Made by a program: the position numbers and the translations under genes | The notes under the pieces: model-generated | Seen by the model: only the letters and a program-made list of their open reading frames with translations | Told to the model about the DNA's origin: nothing | The model's database searches: none | Shown: positions 10,289 through 18,872 of the stretch, in pieces | Layout: each line of letters opens with the position of its first letter | Numbering within the stretch: the first letter of the stretch is position 1 | Assembly (NCBI GenBank): GCA_036787895.1 | Contig: DAIQOK010000018.1 | Coordinates: 2,071-66,070, forward strand | Direction of reading: 5' to 3' | Source: Bacteroidota bacterium | Lineage (GTDB): Bacteria; Bacteroidota; Bacteroidia; UBA7662 | Length of the DNA stretch: 64,000 nt

Positions 10289-10933
10289 TTACCCTTGCAT
10301 CCAAAGCTCCGGTTTTTCCCGCCAGTTGCTTAGTTTGTCGATATCGGATTCGAGTATGTAGTTCTCTTCTTTGGCAACTTGAAGTAAAGCACTGTAGTTG
10401 CTCAGACTAAACAACGGGATTTTAGCTTCTTTGAAGGCTTTATTGGCTTTTGGGAAGTCGTAGGTGAAGGTCGAAAGCACTGCTTTTACCTGCATGCCGG
10501 CAGTTTGTATGGCTTCAACGGCTTTGAGGCTGCTACCTCCGGTCGAAATGAGGTCTTCAATCACCACAACCGTTGCATCCGGGCGGATTACACCTTCAAT
10601 TTGATTGCCCATACCATGTTCTTTGGCACTGGAACGGACATAAATCAAGGGTAGTCCCATTTCTTCGGCGACCAAAGCCGCTTGTGGAATACCGGCTGTG
10701 GCTACTCCGGCGATGATGTCAACTTCCCCCAATTGCTGGCGAATGGTCTCCGATAACATCTGACGGATGTAGGTCCTGATTTTAGGATAGGAAAGCGTAA
10801 TGCGGTTGTCGCAATAAATAGGGGAATTCCAACCCGAAGCCCATTTGAAAGGTTGGTCGGGCGAAAGTTTTACGGCTTTAATTTCCAGCAAAAGTTTTGC
10901 AACTTGCAGGGCGGTCTCATCAGTTTTCTTCAC
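10289..10933 (-). CDS. pyrE: Orotate phosphoribosyltransferase
   Basis: PRPP-binding motif VVVIEDLISTGGS. GTG 10933 avoids overlap with the divergent NUDIX gene. ATG 10960 is the longest alternative start. Confidence 0.9.
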   Translation of the reverse strand: MKKTDETALQVAKLLLEIKAVKLSPDQPFKWASGWNSPIYCDNRITLSYPKIRTYIRQMLSETIRQQLGEVDIIAGVATAGIPQAALVAEEMGLPLIYVRSSAKEHGMGNQIEGVIRPDATVVVIEDLISTGGSSLKAVEAIQTAGMQVKAVLSTFTYDFPKANKAFKEAKIPLFSLSNYSALLQVAKEENYILESDIDKLSNWREKPELWMQG

Positions 10934-10940
10934 AGCGCAA

Positions 10941-11552
10941 ATGTACCAAATCTTCATCAACGAAAAGCCCCTTCATCTTCTCCGACACAAAAAAACGGAG
11001 GCGCGCAGAGGTCATGTGGTCTTGCATGACCCACAGCTGAAAGCTTTGTTACAATGGGCGCGAAAACTTGAGGAAGATGATAGTTTGCAAGCCGTTTACG
11101 CTGTTTGTCGCGACCCTAAGCTGCTGTTTGAAAGCTATGCCGCTGAACATAAAAATATCGATGCGGCAGGGGGCATTGTGGTTCAGGGAGATAAGCTGTT
11201 GTTCATCAAACGTTTTGGTAAATGGGATTTACCCAAAGGCAAACTCGAAAAGGGTGAAGCAACCGAAAAGGCAGCACTGCGGGAAGTGGAAGAAGAGTGC
11301 GGAATAAACCAATTGCAACTTGGGAAATTTATAGCTACCACTTACCATACCTACGACTTTCAGGGTAGAAGGGCATTGAAACACAGCCATTGGTATGAAA
11401 TGCAGACGGATTTCCAAGGCGAATTACTGCCACAAACCGAGGAAGGCATAACAGAAGTGCAATGGATTAATCGGCATGAACTCGAGGAAGTTTTTGGTAA
11501 TACCTATGCTTCCATTTCGGCCTTGCTTAATACCTACCTTACAACAGATTGA
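10941..11552 (+). CDS. NUDIX family hydrolase
   Basis: NUDIX box GKLEKGEATEKAALREVEEECG. The start is taken at ATG 10941 (MYQIFINEKP). The longer ORF from 10845 would be antisense to pyrE. Confidence 0.8.
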   Translation: MYQIFINEKPLHLLRHKKTEARRGHVVLHDPQLKALLQWARKLEEDDSLQAVYAVCRDPKLLFESYAAEHKNIDAAGGIVVQGDKLLFIKRFGKWDLPKGKLEKGEATEKAALREVEEECGINQLQLGKFIATTYHTYDFQGRRALKHSHWYEMQTDFQGELLPQTEEGITEVQWINRHELEEVFGNTYASISALLNTYLTTD

Positions 11553-12027
11553 TTTGTTGTTGAATTTTTTTGGTCATGCGTACCTCAGCAGGCACAAATG
11601 GCGAAACATCGCCATCGTTACGAATGATATCGCGTATGATGGTAGAAGAGATGGGTGATAAGGCAGGCTCGGTAAAAAACAAGACCGTATCTATGTTATG
11701 CATGGCTTTATTGAACTGGGCTATGCTTTTTTCGTATTCAAAATCTGGCGCATTGCGTAAGCCACGGACGATGTAATTTGCACCTATCGATTTACTGTAG
11801 CGCACAGTCAAACCTTCATACACTTCCACCCGAATTTTCGGCTCATTTCGAAATACCTTTTCTATCCAGCTTTTGCGTTGATCGAGTTCAAACAAATAGG
11901 TTTTCGCGCTATTCTGACCAATACCAATGACTACTTCATCAAAAATGGGCAGGGCCCGGCGGATAATGTCGACATGTCCGTTGGTGATAGGGTCGAAGGA
12001 GCCTGGGAAAAGTGCAATACGTTTCAT
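11539..12027 (-). CDS. coaD: Pantetheine-phosphate adenylyltransferase
   Basis: The N-terminus has FPGSFDPITNGH (HxGH-type nucleotidyltransferase motif). Length is 162 aa. Confidence 0.9.
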   Translation of the reverse strand: MKRIALFPGSFDPITNGHVDIIRRALPIFDEVVIGIGQNSAKTYLFELDQRKSWIEKVFRNEPKIRVEVYEGLTVRYSKSIGANYIVRGLRNAPDFEYEKSIAQFNKAMHNIDTVLFFTEPALSPISSTIIRDIIRNDGDVSPFVPAEVRMTKKIQQQINLL

Positions 12028-12572
12028 GAAAGGATTTCGGTTGCGGTAAAAATACTAAAAACCGACTGACCATAATTCCGGGCTTCTAAAAAGCCGTTTT
12101 CAGTACTAAAATTATGATTTGTGGGATGCTCAAGGATTAGCAGACCATCGGCTTTGAGCATGTTTTTAGCAAGAATTAGTCCCGGTAAGCTCTTTAAACG
12201 ATCGAGTTGATAAGGCGGATCGGCAAATATGATGTCGAAATTGCCAGTATTGCGCTCCAACCAAGCGAATACATCGGCCTGATTAACTGCCATTCCATTG
12301 ATGCCGATTTGTGCAATGGTTGATCTAATAAATCTGCAACAGCCTGCATTTTGGTCGACAGCGACAATGTTTTCACACCCTCGAGAGGCAAATTCATAGC
12401 TGATGTTGCCGGTACCTGCGAATAAATCAAGTACACTGATGTCGGCTAGCTCAAAGCGATGCTGCAAATAGCTGAACAGGGCTTCCTTGGCCCGGTCGGT
12501 GGTTGGCCGCACCGGCAAGTTGGCAGGCGCATGTAACTGGCGACCTTTAAACTGACCACTTATGATACGCAT
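12024..12572 (-). CDS. rsmD: 16S rRNA (guanine966-N2)-methyltransferase
   Basis: MRIISGxxKGRxL N-terminus, SAM motif DLFAGTG, and DPPY catalytic motif. There is a 4-nt overlap with coaD. Confidence 0.85.
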   Translation of the reverse strand: MRIISGQFKGRQLHAPANLPVRPTTDRAKEALFSYLQHRFELADISVLDLFAGTGNISYEFASRGCENIVAVDQNAGCCRFIRSTIAQIGINGMAVNQADVFAWLERNTGNFDIIFADPPYQLDRLKSLPGLILAKNMLKADGLLILEHPTNHNFSTENGFLEARNYGQSVFSIFTATEILS

Positions 12573-13429
12573 AGCAAGGCAAGGGCATCGGTAAGCGCTC
12601 CTTTTTCGAGTTTGGCCAGCTCAAATCCCAAGGCTAACTCTTCTCCCGGGCACAGGCTGACACAATGGCTGAATTGAGCTGTCAGTAAGTTGACCAATGA
12701 TTTTTGATCTACTCCGGTTTCCAATAAGCAAATACCCGCTTGATCGAGGCCCAATTGTTTACGGGTATTCAGACTGTGATAAAGCACGTCTTCATCGGTT
12801 TCGACATACAAACTATTTAAAAGCTGAAGCTTTTGTTTTTTGTATGCCCAGATCAAAAGTTCCTTTTCGCGCATCTGTACGTATAGCTGTTCGGAAGCAA
12901 CTGCCTTGGTAAAGAGGTATTCGGTGAGTACGCCGGCTAATGAACGAATGCCTGCGCTGGGAAAGCGTAGCCTGACCGCACCGAGTAAACCATAAGCCAG
13001 GCCATAAATGAGCTCCGCTTCTGTATGTTTGAGGCTGTCGCGATTGAGTTGTTCGTCAAGCGAACGTTTATGTACACTTTCGAAGTAGTCGGTACCCGTG
13101 CCATCCTGGTAAACTGCGGCAGGCACCAAGGTAAACCGATAGCTGGCGAGACCTACTTGAACGCGGGCATACAATTTGCCAACCAAGGCTTCCGACTGCA
13201 TTAACCAGGCTAAACGATCGCTTGGATGTTGTTTTTGTTGTTCCTCCGGCCAGAAAGCAGCCTGTGCTGCTACTACTTTTTTATGGGCTCCCTCTCCAAT
13301 ACAAAAACAATAGCCATCGTTTTTCAGGACGATGGCCAGGATTTTATCGGCTGTGGCGGAAGGGTCAAAACCCGGAGCACTAAGTTGTATGTTTTTCAAT
13401 TTATTCCCAGTTACCGGAGAAGTTTGCAT
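12560..13429 (-). CDS. DUF3822-like protein
   Basis: 289-aa ORF immediately upstream of rsmD-coaD. This is the usual context of DUF3822 in Bacteroidota. The family call comes from memory of that context and from overall sequence character. Confidence 0.55.
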   Translation of the reverse strand: MQTSPVTGNKLKNIQLSAPGFDPSATADKILAIVLKNDGYCFCIGEGAHKKVVAAQAAFWPEEQQKQHPSDRLAWLMQSEALVGKLYARVQVGLASYRFTLVPAAVYQDGTGTDYFESVHKRSLDEQLNRDSLKHTEAELIYGLAYGLLGAVRLRFPSAGIRSLAGVLTEYLFTKAVASEQLYVQMREKELLIWAYKKQKLQLLNSLYVETDEDVLYHSLNTRKQLGLDQAGICLLETGVDQKSLVNLLTAQFSHCVSLCPGEELALGFELAKLEKGALTDALALLCVS

Positions 13430-13937
13430 CGGTCATTGAGCCCACTTTGAGCACTTTGCGTTTATCGAATGGTTTACTATCGATAACCTCGAAGACGTTA
13501 ATATCTACATTTCCTTTACGCACTTTACCGGCACTTATAGTAAAACGTTCCGGCTCAGCAAATGGAATCATCGGAAGAGAATCTACATTGATGCCGACAA
13601 AAAAGGTGTCGATAATAGGGACATAAATGGTGTCGTATTTGATACCCGCTAAAATATCGGTAGAGTCATCAGGGTTACCTTCTACCTTGATGAAACGCAA
13701 ACGATCATTTTTGATTACTTCCAGCAGCTCATCCCAATCATCGGCAAATTCACCTTTCACATCGCGATAAGCTAACTGAGCCGTGCGGATATTTTTGAGT
13801 CGTTCGATCACTTTCGCATACCGCTTGGCTTTTTCTTTCTCGAAACGGATGGGTTCCGATATGGTTTCTACCAGGAAGTAGGTTAAAACTACGATGACCA
13901 CAAATAATGCGGCTTTGATAAGGTTCATCATCTTCAT
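13401..13937 (-). CDS. Hypothetical membrane-anchored protein
   Basis: An N-terminal transmembrane helix (LIKAALFVVIVVLTYFLV) is followed by a soluble domain. It is in the same operon-like array as DUF3822-rsmD-coaD. Confidence 0.55.
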   Translation of the reverse strand: MKMMNLIKAALFVVIVVLTYFLVETISEPIRFEKEKAKRYAKVIERLKNIRTAQLAYRDVKGEFADDWDELLEVIKNDRLRFIKVEGNPDDSTDILAGIKYDTIYVPIIDTFFVGINVDSLPMIPFAEPERFTISAGKVRKGNVDINVFEVIDSKPFDKRKVLKVGSMTDANFSGNWE

Positions 13938-14034
13938 GAGCGCAGTACGATTAAAGTAGTCGCAATAATAGCATATTTATCCCAAAAACAAGTGCCAGCG
14001 GGCGTTACCTTTGTGTTTTTAAAGTCATTTCCCC

Positions 14035-14463
14035 ATGTCGCCAGCCACCGATTTCGAAAGCCGTCGTGCTGATATACTTCAAAAGCTCGAAGGTCAGCAT
14101 TTTATGCACCACATCGGCTTCCGCATAACAGCTATACAACCGGGAGAAATCACCGGGGAAATGGACCTAGTGGCTTTTACTAGGCAACAACTGGGTTACT
14201 TACACGGCGGGGTAACCGCCACGGTTGCAGATATTGTGGCTGGTTTTGCAGCCTACAGTCTTACGCCACTACACCAACATGTAGTTACGGCCGACATCAA
14301 TATCATGTACTACAAACCCGGCACAGGCAATAAACTCCGTGCCATTGGCCGGGTGAAAAAAGCCGGCAGCAAAATTCACTTCTGCGAAAGCGAGATATGG
14401 GTGGAGCAAGAGGGCGAATGGCAGCTGGTTGCCCGGTCAACATCGACCATGGCGGTGATCTGA
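14035..14463 (+). CDS. PaaI-family (hotdog fold) thioesterase
   Basis: 142 aa. The LHGGVTATVAD motif is typical of PaaI/4HBT-type thioesterases. Confidence 0.8.
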   Translation: MSPATDFESRRADILQKLEGQHFMHHIGFRITAIQPGEITGEMDLVAFTRQQLGYLHGGVTATVADIVAGFAAYSLTPLHQHVVTADINIMYYKPGTGNKLRAIGRVKKAGSKIHFCESEIWVEQEGEWQLVARSTSTMAVI

Positions 14464-14544
14464 TACTTTCGTTCGGCGTGGGGTTAAACGGGGTTTTGGG
14501 CTATTGCCTGCCGTGAGTTTACTGAACAGTGGGAGTTTTAGGCT

Positions 14545-14671
14545 AAACGGTGGTTGAGCGCAGTCGAAACCATCGTTATCCTAACGGCCCGGTCATCGAG
14601 CGCACAAGGAGCGCATATTGAGCTTACCGTGATAGGAGTCGACTTGTGCAGCCGAGATGCTCAGAATGAAG
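14545..14671 (+). repeat. Intergenic repeat element, copy A (partner at 38186..38313)
   Basis: Hand alignment with 38186..38313 gives roughly three-quarters identity over ~127 nt. It contains a 7-bp hairpin (14549-14555 / 14568-14574). Confidence 0.7.
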
Positions 14672-14853
14672 TAACCCATAAACGTTAAATGAACCGAAAT
14701 TTCTGTAACACAGATTTTTATCCAGAGCAACCGTCAGGACCTGTAGTGAGTTAACCGAACTACGAGTCGAAATGAGCAAACGCTGAAAAATAGGCAAGCA
14801 ACGGAACGAACGAGGGCAGGTTGCGAGCAGAAATTAACCGTACAGCGCCTAGT

Positions 14854-14923
14854 CCGTAGAGCTTTAGCTCGGCAGGGACATTTTTTTCTTCCGTCTCAAG
14901 TCATCCGTCTCACGTCAAATCAT
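14854..14923 (+). repeat. Partial copy of the 95-bp repeat unit seen in tandem at 18467..18649
   Basis: ccgtagagctttagctcggcagggacattttttt...ccgtctcaagtcatccgtctcacgtcaaatcat aligns with ccgcagagctttagtgcggcggttcattttttt...cgtctaacgtctcaattcttccgtcat. Confidence 0.6.
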
Positions 14924-15098
14924 TTCCTCTTCTTCCAAAATCCCCTCTCCATACTAAATACTGCCAGGAAGCCGCTCGAAGCAGAAATATTATGTGAAGT
15001 CACAAACAAATCCCTGAGAAAGTGGTTGCTATGTTTTGACCAAAAGGCCGTTTGAAAATTGTGCATAATCATGCCGTTTAAAGCTGTTTTTTTAAACT

Positions 15099-15998
15099 GT
15101 GGAATCCGTGAATTTTTTCTCCATCAAAGAGATTGAAGCATTAACTGGCATCAAAGCCCATACGATACGTATTTGGGAGCAACGTTATGCCATGGTTGCG
15201 CCTCGCCGGACGGAGACCAACATCCGTTATTACGACGAAAAAGACCTCAAAAAGCTACTCAATGTGAGTTTGTTGAACCGCAATGGTTACAAAATTTCGG
15301 AAATCGCCGAAATGAGTGAAGAGGCAATGATGACGCATGTACTGCAGTTGTCGGAAGAAAAAAGCGACTATGAAAATCAGTTGCAGTCGCTTACACTGAC
15401 CATGCTGGAGCTGAATGAGGTAGCCTTCGAGCGCATTTTGTCGACGGCCATACTGCAGATGGGATTGGAAAAAACCATGGTGCAGCTGGTTTTTCCTTTT
15501 TTCCGGGCCATAGGTATCATGTGGCAAACAGGATCTATCAATCCGGCCCACGAACATTTTATCACCAACATCATTCGCCAGAAACTTATTGTGGCCATCG
15601 ATGGGCAGTCGCATGAAACGGATGTTTGGTCGAAAAAATTTGTGCTCTATTTGCCCGAAGGAGAGTTTCACGAGATTGGTTTGTTATTCGCCAATTATGC
15701 CATACGGGCCAGAGGAGGGAAGGTGATTTACATCGGTTCTAACGTGCCTTTTGGCGATTTGAAAGTGGTTAATCATACTTACAGTCCCGACTACTTATTC
15801 ACAGTAATCACCTCGCCTATGCTAAACGGAGAATCGGTTGCCGATTATCTGAACAAGCTAAGTGTTCAGTTCCCGAATTTGAAAATTTATGCATCGGGAG
15901 GCCATGTTTTATCGGTACCAGATTTGCAAGTGCCTCAAAACGTACGTATAATCCGCGATTTCAAAGAGATGTTATCTTTGGTGAGTGAAGTAGCGTAA
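15099..15998 (+). CDS. MerR-family transcriptional regulator with C-terminal cobalamin-binding domain (CarH/LitR-like)
   Basis: N-terminal MerR HTH (FSIKEIEALTGIKAHTIRIWEQRY). C-terminal B12-binding signature E-F-H-E-I-G (ExHxxG), with downstream SxL-like and GG elements. The start is GTG. Confidence 0.85.
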   Translation: MESVNFFSIKEIEALTGIKAHTIRIWEQRYAMVAPRRTETNIRYYDEKDLKKLLNVSLLNRNGYKISEIAEMSEEAMMTHVLQLSEEKSDYENQLQSLTLTMLELNEVAFERILSTAILQMGLEKTMVQLVFPFFRAIGIMWQTGSINPAHEHFITNIIRQKLIVAIDGQSHETDVWSKKFVLYLPEGEFHEIGLLFANYAIRARGGKVIYIGSNVPFGDLKVVNHTYSPDYLFTVITSPMLNGESVADYLNKLSVQFPNLKIYASGGHVLSVPDLQVPQNVRIIRDFKEMLSLVSEVA

Positions 15999-16426
15999 TG
16001 GCTTTGATTTACATTTTGATTGGATTTATAGGTCTGGAGCTGATTTCTGCGGCCATTCACCGTTGGTTGATGCATGGTCCGCTGTGGTTTATTCATGCCT
16101 CCCACCACCGACCGGGTCGTGGTTTTTTTCAACGAAATGATGTTTTTACACTTGTATTTGGCGGTACAGGCATTTATTTGCTCCTGCAAGGCATCAACAG
16201 CCTGAATCCGGGTTTCTGGATAGGGGTAGGCATATCGGTTTACGGCGTCGCCTATTTTTTACTGCACGATATGCTGGTACATCGCCGCTTGAAAGGTTGG
16301 ATCAGCACCAACATACCTTATTTCAAAGCATTGCAGCAAGCCCACCGGGCCCACCACAAATGGGTAGACAAAAACCCCGGCGAGAGTTACGGTTTGTTTT
16401 TGTTCCCGAAGCGGTTTTTGAAATAA
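15998..16426 (+). CDS. crtZ: Beta-carotene 3-hydroxylase
   Basis: His motifs are HRWLMHG, HASHH, HDMLVHRR and HRAHH. It is a 142-aa membrane protein. Its ATG overlaps the regulator's TAA (TAATG). Confidence 0.85.
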   Translation: MALIYILIGFIGLELISAAIHRWLMHGPLWFIHASHHRPGRGFFQRNDVFTLVFGGTGIYLLLQGINSLNPGFWIGVGISVYGVAYFLLHDMLVHRRLKGWISTNIPYFKALQQAHRAHHKWVDKNPGESYGLFLFPKRFLK

Positions 16427-16482
16427 GCAACCGCCGAGTTTATTTGCTAGCCCGCAAAGCTTCTGATAGAATAAATTTGGTT

Positions 16483-17193
16483 TTATGGCTGAACGATATG
16501 ATAACGTTCAAGCTGCCAGATGTCACCTGTTGACAAAGCATATTCAACTAGACCAATGTTCTTAGCTATTTTGTATGTCGCTGTATCACAATCGTATATA
16601 GCATCAAATATATTCTTTTGTGTGAGTACATCTGAAAAAGTAATGCCGTTTATTTGAATTGTCTGGTTTTGACCGAGCGTAATTTGTTGTTCTCCTGTTC
16701 TTACATTGCTGCTTCCAAGTGGCAATTCTCTGTTGTTGTAAAGTGGATGCCGGAGATAAAATTGATATTTAAAATGGTTACCCGCTCCTGGTGCTCGTCT
16801 TGCAATATTTATCATATAGGGTGAAGAATCGGGGGTATTATTCCAAACTGGATAATGGTATATTTTTGAATAAAACTGATAATCAAAACCTGTACTCGAT
16901 TTAAGCAACATGGTTAATTTTTCCTTAGAAAATGCAATTTTGGTAAATGAAGTATCTGTGTAAGTGTCCTCCATTTGTAAAGAAGACTGAAATACATATA
17001 TGGAATCAGTTTCACCGGATGTAGCATTTTTGTACACCCAATAGGTACCAGGTAAAAAGTAGGTATAACTGAGTAAGTCAGCAGGGAGTTTGAATACGGT
17101 TTGTTTCGTCGGAGAAGAAAGTGTCGGCTCAGATTCCTTTTTACAAGCAGAAATCGCAAACAGGGCAAACAATAGCGTGATGGATAATTTCAT
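16483..17193 (-). CDS. Hypothetical lipoprotein
   Basis: Signal peptide with lipobox: MKLSITLLFALFAISACKKE. Confidence 0.6.
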   Translation of the reverse strand: MKLSITLLFALFAISACKKESEPTLSSPTKQTVFKLPADLLSYTYFLPGTYWVYKNATSGETDSIYVFQSSLQMEDTYTDTSFTKIAFSKEKLTMLLKSSTGFDYQFYSKIYHYPVWNNTPDSSPYMINIARRAPGAGNHFKYQFYLRHPLYNNRELPLGSSNVRTGEQQITLGQNQTIQINGITFSDVLTQKNIFDAIYDCDTATYKIAKNIGLVEYALSTGDIWQLERYHIVQP

Positions 17194-17261
17194 CGAGGAG
17201 AGTAACTAAGTTGGGAAATCTAAAAGGGAAGGTAAAAATTTAGTTTGATTTAACAATGTAG

Positions 17262-17285
17262 AAACGAAAACAGGACAACTGTTTT
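17262..17285 (-). terminator. Candidate intrinsic terminator downstream of the amidinotransferase-like gene
   Basis: 7-bp stem aaaacag/ctgtttt (17267-17273 / 17279-17285) with a 5-nt loop. On the minus strand the stem ends in a U-run. Confidence 0.4.
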
Positions 17286-17329
17286 AATCCTAACTCTAGC
17301 TTTTTAAGAGCCTATTTGTCCTTCAAAAT

Positions 17330-18238
17330 TTAAAACAACTCCGCCAGCATACACCTCGCACTTCCGCCGCCAATCTGTTCAATAGTGGGAATGTCGAGGC
17401 AAATGGGGGTGAAGAAGTGCGAAAAAACGGTTTGCTGACCTAGCGTAAGACTGTTCCAGCCGCTGCGACTGATGATGCCGAATTTTTCACCTTTGACATT
17501 GGTCACAAACAAAACATTGCCGGCAAATTGGGCCAGCTGCTGCCGGTTAATGTCCATTACCACCCGGTCGGCGGTGTTCAGCGCTCTTAAAACGGCTGCT
17601 TTTTCATCACCTTCGGGCACCACCTCCGGGCAAAAAATGGCGAGTTGAGGCGAAATGGCCAACAGTACATTGGTATGGTATATCGGCCGACCCTGACCAT
17701 CAAAGGCATCAAAAACGCAAAGTTTATAGTCCAATGCATCTGCGACGAATTGTGCCAGACGCGTCTGACTGCGGATCGAACGGCTCATAAAAAGTTGCTG
17801 ATGAGCCGGGTCGATGATGAGGCTACCGGTGCCTTCCAGGTATTCGTCTGCTTCGGCGACTTCCCGGAGGTCGATTTGTTTTTGCGGTTGATTTTTACTC
17901 AGTCTTTGGAGTTGGTTAAGCCAGTCGAGCCTAACTTCGGCCCGCCTGTTTTCGGTGGCCATGGGGTAAACAAACAGCTGGCCATCGGGGTGGGTGCTGA
18001 ACCAATTGTTCGGGAATATGGCGTCTGGTTTGGGGGGGTATGTAGTGTCGTCGAGAACCAAGAGTTGTATGCCTGCCGAGCGTAGGGTAAAAACAACCTC
18101 ATCAAATTCGGCCAGCGCACGTTGTTGAGCTTCTTCCGCAGCGAAGGGTTTTGTTTGCTGAAATCCGTTTGAAACGGCGGTTTGGGCGTTAAATCCAAAG
18201 GCGGCTGGTCGAACAAGTAGCAGGGTGTTGGCGAGCAT
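17330..18238 (-). CDS. Arginine deiminase-related / amidinotransferase-superfamily protein (CtlX-like)
   Basis: The C-terminus GGGSARCMLAELF carries the catalytic-Cys motif of the guanidino-modifying superfamily. Internal FPNNWFSTH is also present. The start is taken at ATG 18238 (MLANTLLLVRP). The ORF extends to 18337. Confidence 0.75.
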   Translation of the reverse strand: MLANTLLLVRPAAFGFNAQTAVSNGFQQTKPFAAEEAQQRALAEFDEVVFTLRSAGIQLLVLDDTTYPPKPDAIFPNNWFSTHPDGQLFVYPMATENRRAEVRLDWLNQLQRLSKNQPQKQIDLREVAEADEYLEGTGSLIIDPAHQQLFMSRSIRSQTRLAQFVADALDYKLCVFDAFDGQGRPIYHTNVLLAISPQLAIFCPEVVPEGDEKAAVLRALNTADRVVMDINRQQLAQFAGNVLFVTNVKGEKFGIISRSGWNSLTLGQQTVFSHFFTPICLDIPTIEQIGGGSARCMLAELF

Positions 18239-18466
18239 AAAGACAATATTAGTGGATGAGTGCGAAAGGAAAGGCGATGTGGATATTTTATTGTGTTTTG
18301 TTATATGACAGGTGGTATAATATTTACGTGCTTCCAAGGGCTTTGGTTTTTGCTTTGGTAAGCGCGTTTATGGGCTGGTGGTTGAAGAAGTCAGCGTTTT
18401 TTACAGGTCCGGTCAAGGGTTCTCGCAAAGACGCTCTGGTTCGCTTGGCGTGAGATGCGCAAAAAT

Positions 18467-18649
18467 GGGCACGCAGAGTCGCGGAGGCCGCAGAGCTTTA
18501 GTGCGGCGGTTCATTTTTTTAGGATTCTCGTCTAACGTCTCAATTCTTCCGTCATAAAAAGGGGCACGCAGAGCCGCGGAGACGCAGAGCTTTAATGCGG
18601 CGGTTCGTTTTTTAGGCCGCTCACGTCTCAAGTCTTCCGTCATAAAGTG
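18467..18649 (+). repeat. Tandem direct repeat, 2 units (95 nt + 88 nt) plus a partial third to ~18686
   Basis: Unit 1 (18467-18561) and unit 2 (18562-18649) both begin gggcacgcagag. Both contain the hairpin gccgca...tgcggc followed by a T-run, and both end ttccgtcataaa. Confidence 0.8.
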
Positions 18650-18872
18650 CTCCCCAGCGCAGAGGCCGCAGTGATAGACGGCTGCCTATCTCAATACCAG
18701 ATACTACATACTTTGCAAATCCGTCGTTTCCCTAATCAACCGGTCAGCGAACCAATATTTTGGCGAAGGAAACGGACAGATTTGTTGGATCTCTTTTGAT
18801 CGTCGGCAGTAGACTGAATTTTATTTGCAATCACCGCTTTGAGTTGAAGTTGCATCGCTTACTTTTGGAAAT

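Noticed and set aside
10845-10940. Longer 235-aa version of the NUDIX ORF, and the 223-aa version of pyrE, which overlap head to head
   Set aside because: The extended N-termini are antisense to each other's coding sequence and lack conserved sequence. Internal starts (ATG 10941, GTG 10933) give normal-length proteins with an 7-nt divergent gap.
17645-18085. 146-aa plus-strand ORF inside the amidinotransferase-like gene
   Set aside because: It is an antisense shadow ORF with no motifs.
18413-18643. 76-aa minus-strand ORF across the 95-bp tandem repeat
   Set aside because: Its sequence simply translates the repeat units (internally repeated, Arg/Pro/Lys-rich). The same repeat occurs in non-coding contexts elsewhere.
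18467-18686. Possible CRISPR array
   Set aside because: There are only two and a fraction directly abutting units with no unique spacers. The units are 88-95 nt, too long for CRISPR repeats, and no cas genes are nearby.
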